DNA of 60,586 nucleotides from a virus (Duplodnaviria; Caudoviricetes). A program made the position numbers and the translations under genes. Position 1 is the stretch's first letter; every line of letters starts with the position of its first letter. A model generated the notes under the pieces. The model saw nothing but the letters and a program-made list of their open reading frames with translations. It searched no databases and had not been told where the DNA came from. Location: positions 1 through 60,586 of the IMG/VR virus record IMGVR_UViG_3300002219_000012; one strand, 5' to 3'. Positions 7,601 through 16,600 of the stretch are shown here, piece by piece.

Positions 7601-10600
7601 AATGGTGGCTTATTTCATGGGCAACTCTATTGATAAGAGGAACATCGCCCTTGTCCATGCTTAGAAATATGTTGTTTCCACTTATGAACGCATTTATTGA
7701 TTTTGTGGAATCTTTGAAGGGAATTAAGTCAAAGCCATGAGAAGCAGCAAGATTTTGCATCTCTTTGAAGTTGTGATTATCATACCCCGTCGGATCGTGT
7801 GTTATTCCCTGTCCGGCCGTCCGGCAGGCTTCTCTAAGACGATGTGGGGCGTTAACGTCTTGAGAAATTCCTTGTCTTTCATCTGCCACTCGCCTTCTGT
7901 GTTCTTCTCGAACGCCGGGTAATACGCTCTCCCGTTCCCCGCGTCTATTCTCACTGTCGGCTGTTGGTCTTCCATCTTCGCCTCCTTTTTCTTCTATTAT
8001 ATCACCTTTTTGGTTAATTGAATATCCGGATTTTACAGTCTGCCCCCCAACCTCCGGGGGGCGGGTTGGGTTAGGGAGTTCGGGTTTTACAACATGAAAA
8101 TTAGGTTTCTTTTTTGGCTCTTCCTTAAAGTATGTTTCATTAATAAATGCCATGTCTTGTTTATTAAGACTGTCTATTTCTTTTTCAGCTCTTCTTAAAT
8201 CTGCAATAAGTAATTGTGGTTTTTCGGTAAACCTTTCGGCTATCTCCAGTGCATATTTTGGGTAATGTGCGGCTAATTGCTCTATTGAGAAAGCCAGTGG
8301 TGTGATTCCTTGAATGTTTGGGATGTTTTCTTTATATGGGTCAAAAATTGTGTCATAAACGGTCATTTTCCCCCATGCCGGATCGACATCTTCATAATGT
8401 TCATTAGCAATATGTTCAGGGAGGTTCTTTTTTACAATACTCCAAAACTCTGAAGGATAAAGTTTTTCTTCGGTAAGCGCCTTAATTGCTCTTGCAATTT
8501 CTATCACATTCTCTTTTGTGCCGAATATTCCTACATCTGGTGCAACATAATTATCTATTCGTGATTTACGGAAAGCATTTTCTTGAACAGCAATATCCAC
8601 AGAATCATCTTCCTTAAGAAAAGCAAGCGGATCATTCTCAATTTTTCGTGCTTCAAACTCAGGCACATCCCATTTAGACGTATCGCGCCATGCTTCAATT
8701 CCATCCTCGGCCTTCGGGGTTGTCTCGGGTGGTATGTTGGCCGTCCCCTTCCCTTGTGTTCCAGAATAACGATTCTCGGATTCCGCTACTTTCCTTTCCG
8801 GCGCTTCTTCTGATACGGGAACTGTCTCTCGTCTTTCCGGCCGTGTAACCTCTCCAGTTCTTCCTTGTAGATAACGCTCGCGGTATTTAAGGTATCTATT
8901 CGTTGCTTCTGTTTCTTGGGTACGTGTTCCATCGTATCTCCTGTATTGGTATCCATAAAATGATAGTGGCCGCATAAAGATACCCTCGTTTCCGGTGGTA
9001 TCCAATTCTCCTCTTATATTAACATGGGCTACGAAAATATCCAAGCCGTCATAATACAGTTGGTCGGCTTCGGCTCTGGTAATCGGGACGTAGCCCATTG
9101 CGATAAAATTACGGGGCTTCTGCCAGAATTTCAGCGGGAGACTTTCTAATTGTTTCTGAATGTCCATGCCTTCCCACCATTTGTAATTCGGATTGTCCGA
9201 ACGTGAAAACATCGGTTGGCTTCGGCGAACAGGTGAACGCTGAAATTCAATCGGCACTTCTTGCTCTTGCTCTTCTCTTATGGCGTCCAGTTTTTCACCG
9301 TTCCGTTCCAGAAGCGCAATGCGATCTAAAACTTTCTGATCCCAGATGACGTAATTATATGTGTAACCTCTTTTAAACTTATTAATATAGTTTTGTCTCG
9401 CCTTCGATTTCTCTTCTGGTGTATCGTGTAAATATTGAACAAGATAATCCGCGGCAGCCTCTGCATCGCCGTTAAAATTGTCATAAGCGACCTTCATTTG
9501 ATTATCAATGATATTGTAGTTCCTGCTCATCTGATCCAGATACTTGTTGCCGGGGATACCAATAGAAGCAAGGTATTTGGAAGCCGCTTTTTGTGAACCA
9601 AATTTTTGAGTAAGGTGTTCGTAGTATCGTGACCCCTTAGCGTCAAGTGGTTTAACGGGGCGCAAAACGTAACCCTGCCTTTCCCATTCGGCCTTTTCTT
9701 CTTCGCCCCTTGCCCACGCTAATCGCTTGCCGGTTTTTGTATAAATATCATGCGTAACATCACCGGGAACCAAATTGACGTTTTTCCCCAAGAGAATCTT
9801 TATATACTCACTCTGTTCTGAAAGCGGTTTATCCCAATCCAGCAACTTCGGGATAACGTCATCTGGGATTTCGAGTTTGTAGAGGGAGTTTGCAATCTTA
9901 ACATCTGCATTAGCCCATTTATCAAGGATATCGGCCACGGTGTTTAGTTTTTCTGCCTGATCCCATCCGGCTTCTTTTTCAAATAGCGTAAGCGATTCAG
10001 GGTTATTTTTTGCTATTCTTGCCGCCGTTCTAATTCGATGAGCTTCCATTAATATTGATTTATTAACAAGGAGCGAGTTGGCGGCTATCGTTACGGCCAT
10101 TTCTTCCGCTGTTTGCTTCTCAAGTGGTTTTTTTGTCCCGCTATATATCTTTCCATCAACGTCAATGGATTGTCCGCTTGCGCCCAAGTATGCCTTACCA
10201 GTTACTTCCGCTTCTGCCGAATACCATCCCCATCCGAACGCCGCTGCACCCTCTCCTGTTCCTATCTTGTCCAGCCTCGGTCTGCCATGAGGGAACCCAG
10301 GTTCAGGCATCCAGACGTGCGGTGTTCCGTGATGGGCTATCTTAAAATTGACGCCCTCGCCTCCAAACTCTTTAAACGCATCCTGTAATACTACCCGGAC
10401 TTCCGCATCGGACAGCTTAACATCAAGCCCTATGGCTCTCAAAAGGTCGTGGAAGATAGCAACCAATTTGTCATACCACTTGGGTTGAGCCTCATAAGAC
10501 TGGTTGCAAAGCCATTCCTCGCAAGCCTGCCGCCGGTCTTTAGCGGTTCTGGTATTCAGGTGGGTGTGGGTGGTCTTTGTGATCTGCTCAATCTCTTTGT

Positions 10601-13600
10601 GGTGCGCCCTGTAAATGGCGTCCATCAGGGCTTCGTATTGCGCCCGGACAGGCACTAACGCCCTCGACATCCGCTGCCGCTGGAAGAATTTGCCTAAGCC
10701 GCTGTGGGTCAATTCGTGGGCTAAGGTTCTAAGGGCTTCCTCGGTGTTCTGAAGGTTGTCAGAGACAAGATAAACTTCGCCTTTATAGGTGAACCCCATA
10801 GCATCGTCAATGCCCTCTTGCTCCATGATTTTCTGGACTTCATCCGGGCAGTTCTCATTGCCCTGAACCACGTTGACTTTCGGGGCGTTGGGGATGGCAG
10901 TTACAGCCTTGTTGATGATTGACTGGACGGCGGACTGCTGGAGGCCGGAGGAGGTAGTTCCTTTGCGCTGATACATCGCCACGCCCTTGTCGGTTTCGCG
11001 GGTCTGGATGGTGTCAAATAGCTTATCAAACGCATCTTCGACTGGTGCGATTTCACTGTCATACAGATACGGGTATCTATCGGCCATGCGTTTGAAATCT
11101 TCAACCCTCACGACATTGGCTAAGTAATCGTTCTGGTATCCCTGTTTCGCCATTTTAACGATGACGTAATTTTCAAAAGACCGTGCAGCGCGTTCGATTA
11201 TCCTTGACCAATACTTATTTTTGATATGCGAAACACGTTCAGACATCGGAGAATTGTCGAGAGTTTCAACCAACTTTTTGAACGCCTCGGCAACTTCCGG
11301 TCTCACCCCTTCAATCTTTGTCCAGTTTTCAGGCTTAAGGCCACGGCGGTTTAGAATCTCGTTGTACCGCGATGCAGACAACCTCGCCCCGCCCTTTTCC
11401 TGATAATAGGTTTCGGGGCTGTAGGTGATATAGTTTTTTTCGCGCGTAACGCCTTCAATGCCTCTCGCACGCTGGAAGTAATTGTCCAGGGCATGGAAAA
11501 ACTCATGAGCAAAAGTCCCGGAGCCTTTTGTCTTTGTCAGATTAATAACTATCGTATCTGGTTCATAATGCGCCGCTGCCCCTCCGTGCCCCCGCGAACC
11601 GAATCCAAGCCCAAGCGTTCCGTTCAAAGAGATAGCCTTGGGAGGTATCCCGATTATATCGGCCAGATCCATCATGGCATCGTAGGCATCGTTGAGCATC
11701 CCTTGCCGTTCTTTGGCATTACTGCCCTGTGCTACCCAGTTGCCGAACTCGACACCACGAAATCCGAAAGTGTCTATGAATTGTTGTGGAGTGACATCTT
11801 TCCCCGCACGGTGATCCTTCCCGGCCCGGGGACGGTTTTCTTTCGTGCGGACATCCTCCTTAGCGACGTTTTCCAACTCTTTGACGGCATCCCACGCTTT
11901 CAGAAGTTCATCGGGATGTTCGTTTCTGAAATCAAGAGCTTCCTTGGATGTTTTAAATTCTTTCAGCTTGTGGTATTGGCTGTCGCCTTTTTTATTAATA
12001 AAGTAACGATCTCCACTGCCACGAACTTCAAAGCCTTTAATGGCGTCCGATTTTATCGGTGTCGTCTTGCCCAATGCTTCATTGACCTGCTCAATGGATT
12101 CTTCGACGGACTTCAAGCCTTCAAAAGATTTGTACCGGCCGTCAATGTAAACAGACACGGAAGGCGCTGGGATGTGTTCATATTTTCCGTCATCACCCAT
12201 CTTATCGCTGTATCGGTACGCATCGGGGTATTCGTTTACATCTCCTATCCTATCCCATTGCTCACGGTCGATTGCTTCGAGGAGACGAATCTTAGCAAAA
12301 AACCCTTTAAGCGAGGAAAACGATTTTGATTTGTCTAATATCTTGCCTCGGCTGTATGCACCGTTTTCAATATCCTTAAATAGATCGCTCATCATGCCGC
12401 GAAAGGCCTTAACCTTCTCAACCCAGCGGCTTACTTTATATTTTAATTGAGGTTTTGTTGGAATTGCGCCCCTGGCGGCAAAAGCAAACGCGGCAACGAA
12501 TTTATCTTCGATGGCATCAACTTCGCTTTTTGGCCATATCTTACTCAATGGCAGACTGGCAATATCGGAATCGGTATATTCTTTTTTAAATGATTCAGAT
12601 CTGTCTTTCCTGGCTCCGCCCAGTTTTTCTCCGAAGTCCTGAATATCTTCTTTCCCGCTTTTTGAGGCAGCTGGTACTATCGCTTTCGATTGGCCGGTTT
12701 CTTTCCTCAACCGGTCAATCGCCCGGTCAAGCACTTCGTTGAGGTCTTTCACCTGCATCTGATACAGGCTATCCTTGCCCGTTTTCACGCCCTTATTTAA
12801 AGCCAATGCAGCAGGTAGTCCCTCTTCTGCTTTCTTCATGAGATTGTAAGCAAGGGTACTATCGTACCGTTTTATTTCATCGTAAATTTCACGGGAAACG
12901 CTCTTGTCTATTGCGCCAGCCTCATCCCTTGAGGTTATCGTTGATAGCTTTTCCTTAATTGACAAAAGCTGCTGGGTGATAGGGTGATCGCTGTTTTCTG
13001 GTTGCCCTTCTTTATAAAGGTTTGTCCCATCAATGCGCACATTTAAAAAACGAGTTTTATCTGTCGGGTCAACCGAAAATGAAACAAGGCCACTTTCTTT
13101 ATTGTTTTCATCCAGGCGGGCGGCTGTCAGCGTAAAGCCGCTGTCGCGGTCAAGGGCATATCGGTTGCCTTCATTATCCACAAGAACGTCGCCACGGGTT
13201 AGCTTTGTGCCATTGTGTCGGTTGGTAGCAGGGTCGTAACGTAACCCGTCTGCTTTCCCTTCTTCCTTCGTCATCTGCCAGGGTTCTTTGGCTTCCGGCT
13301 TCTGCTCGGATGGTTCGGCAAAATAATCACTCACCGCCTGATCCGTCCCCTTGACGGTATTCGGGAGTTTTGCACCTGTCCGGTTTTCAAATTCAGCCCG
13401 AAGATTTTTGTTTGGCAGGTCGAGATATTCCTGCATCTTCAAGGTGTCTTTTGATTCAAAGGCTGCGTTGAATTTATCCTTCGTGGATTGCGGCAAAGAA
13501 TCAAATCCGGCGAGCGGTGCGGTCTTCTTGCGTTCTGGCCTCGTTGTTCCGTCCATGCGAAGGGGCTTCGGTTTGGCAGGTTCTTCTTCAGCCTCAACCA

Positions 13601-16600
13601 TTTTCGCGGCGTCAGCAATATGGTCGGGGGCGGAATAGACGTTTTTATCATAACCCGCAATCTTCAATAATTCTGCTGTTTTTTTATCAATGCGTTCTTT
13701 TAATCTTGGCTCAACGCCAACGATATCAGCAATATCCTTGATCTTGCTTTTTGCCTCTCGCGTTAGTAATCCCGCCTGCAAGAGTTCGTCGTCTGATCTT
13801 CCAATTAAGTTGTCGATGTGTACCCTTGCCACAAGATCATTGTTTTTAAGGTATTCCATGTCCGCAAGCAAATCAGACGTTAATTTCGGATCGACTTCTT
13901 CTGTTTGTGTTTTTTTCTCTTCCGCAAACAAGTCCTCATTCTTCGGCGTGACCTGCTGGGGTAATCCTTTGCTTATTTCCGTTTCGGGGTTGGTAAGATT
14001 GAACGAATCAGTGCCTTCAATCTTGGTCTGATTCTTCTCGGTGATTGCTGGTTTTTCGGCTGGTTTGTTTTCTGCTATGGCTGCAAAGAAATCATCAGCA
14101 TCGTGCGAGGCAAGCGCTAACTCGCTTTCTGTGAGGTCGCCCTCCTGCGCTTCAATCTCATCAAGAGAAACTGCTTTAATGTTTTCTTGACCTTCTCCTG
14201 CGATGGCGTCAGCGAATTCGTTTTCTTCGAGCTTTGCGAGTTGCTCTGTGATCCACTCATTTTCTTTCTCCTCAATCTCTGTTTCCATTTTACTCTCTTG
14301 CAGATCAGGACGCAACACCTTTCTTGCATCCCCTTCGGCCAGTTCTCTAAACAAAGTCACATCCGTAAACGGTTGACCGTCCCTGTCCCGGTATCCTTCA
14401 AGATTGGCCATACTTGCGGCCTCATCCATTGAAAACTTGCCGTTGATGCTGGCAACTGCCTTAATAACGCCCATTTCCCGGCTCTGGTCTTTCCCGCGCT
14501 TACCATGCGCCCGATCCCAGGCCGTGCCAGTTTTGGAAGTGAATGATCCCAGGCGGACTTTGCCGATGGCAATTATGAATTGAGCAAGGTTCTTTGATTC
14601 CGTGGCCTTCTTCGGGCTGTTGTCAACCTTAATGACCTTTTCTTTCAGCTTCTTATACCAAATGCTTTTGCCCTGTGTTTTATCGGATGGCTTGTAAACT
14701 ACCTCGTACCCTTCTTTTGCGGGTATCTCCCTGAGGGACTTCTGAATCCGGCCAAGGTCTTTACGTTCTGCCTTGCGGATGAAGATTTCGGCGGGTTCGG
14801 CGGCCTCATTCTGTTTCCGTCTTTTTGCCAGTTCAATTTCTGCGCCCTTATTCCCGGCGGCTGCAAATCCTTTTAATTGCTCCTCTGGAATTTTGCCCCA
14901 TTGGTCTTTCATCGCCTCCGGTATGTTACCAAAAGTGGCGGGCGTTTCAGTCGCTTCCGGCGATACCACTACTTCCTTAAGGTGTGCTGCTCCCTTTTTT
15001 GCGGCCTCAATGGTAGGCCACCGGCCAATCGAACCTCCTCCGAGGGGGCCTGATCCACCATTTACCCATTTATTCTTACCAACCGAAACAGCAAAACCAT
15101 TACCATCGGGATGCGGCACTATTCGTGCGGGCTCCTTAACCTTACCTTTCGTGGTGGGTTCTGGCTTAAAATCAACCAACACCTCGACGTTGCTCATTTG
15201 TTTTGGAATGTCCCGCTTCCACTGTTTTGCAACTAACTCCCCGTTTTCGCCCTTGACGGCAAGTATATAACGTGCGCCAACTCCCTTGGGCATACTGTCT
15301 GTATTGGTAATTTTAAGGTCTTTGGAATATGGGATTATCTGGCTCTCGGAACTGACACCCTCTGCCTTCTTGGGGGCAAGGTCAGGATAGTCTTTCAGGA
15401 CGGATTCAGGGACTGGTTTGCCTTCACGCACGGCATCGCGCACAATACCCCTGTGCCATTCTTTTTGCTTTGCGCTTGGCTCCTTCGCCTCTGTCTTAAA
15501 TGCCCCGGCCTCCCATGCGCTCCATTGACCAACTGGCATCATCCAGGGACTTCGGGAACTAGCATCGCCTTCTGGATTCGGCCACTGTTTACCCACCTCT
15601 TCGGCACTCATCTCCCACGGTTCTTTAACCTCACCCGCCGCTTCCACTTTCCCGGAGATGCTATCTTCGGGCGGCTTGGGAGCGGCGGGCACCTTTGCCC
15701 ACGGTTCCCCGGCAAAGTCCTCTATTTTGGCCGTATCGTTCGGCTTAAGATTCTTCGCCGTCAATTCATTGCTGATATTCCTTGCCGTCACTTCATCAAT
15801 GCCGAATTTCTTCATCAAATAGCGGTCAAGGTCTGCCTTAGTGGTCATCTGTGAATGAGCAAGTCTGGCCTTTTTGTCGTCGCCCAAAGACGCATCAACC
15901 TTATAAGCTGCGCCCCTCCATCTCTGTGCTTCCTTGACCATCTCGTTGAAGTCGGGAGAAGACTCCTCGGATTTCACTTCCTTTACGCCTACTGTCGCGG
16001 CATCGGTTTGTGAGAGAGGCGCGGGGAGTGTGCTGGGCTTTCCTTCGTGCGCTTTATTCCAGATTTCGGTAAGTTGGGATTTTGTTTTGATTTTATTTAC
16101 ATCAAAAACAACCGTTGTCTTCCCCACCTTAGTACCTTCTTTGTCTGCGAAAATTAAAGCATCGTGCCCTCTTTCCTGTAGTTTTTGTGTGATGTTAAAT
16201 TTTTTCTCCAGCGCCTCTAATGCGCGATATGGCGATTCATTGTCACCTGATGTAAATTCGTCAAAATAACTATCCGCCTTCATTCTCTTTAAAGTAAATG
16301 CGTTTTCCTCGGTATCAACCCCTAGCGCCTTAGTCAATTCGTCAAAGTTTTGCACCTTGCTCAAATCTATCGGGTTATGAACGTCTAGATTTCGTTCCAT
16401 TACATTCTTGCCGAATTTCCCTGCCAAATCCTTGTTGTCAGCGAAATAAGTCCCGAATGTCTTTTGCCCAGATGCGTCCCGAAATTCCTCTGGCACTTCA
16501 TTAAAAGGCTTAAACGTTTCAAAATCACCATGCGTCCCGTGGTAATAAGGTGTTTGCGCCTGCACAAACTCATCGGCGCTTTTATATTTAAGCGCTTCAG

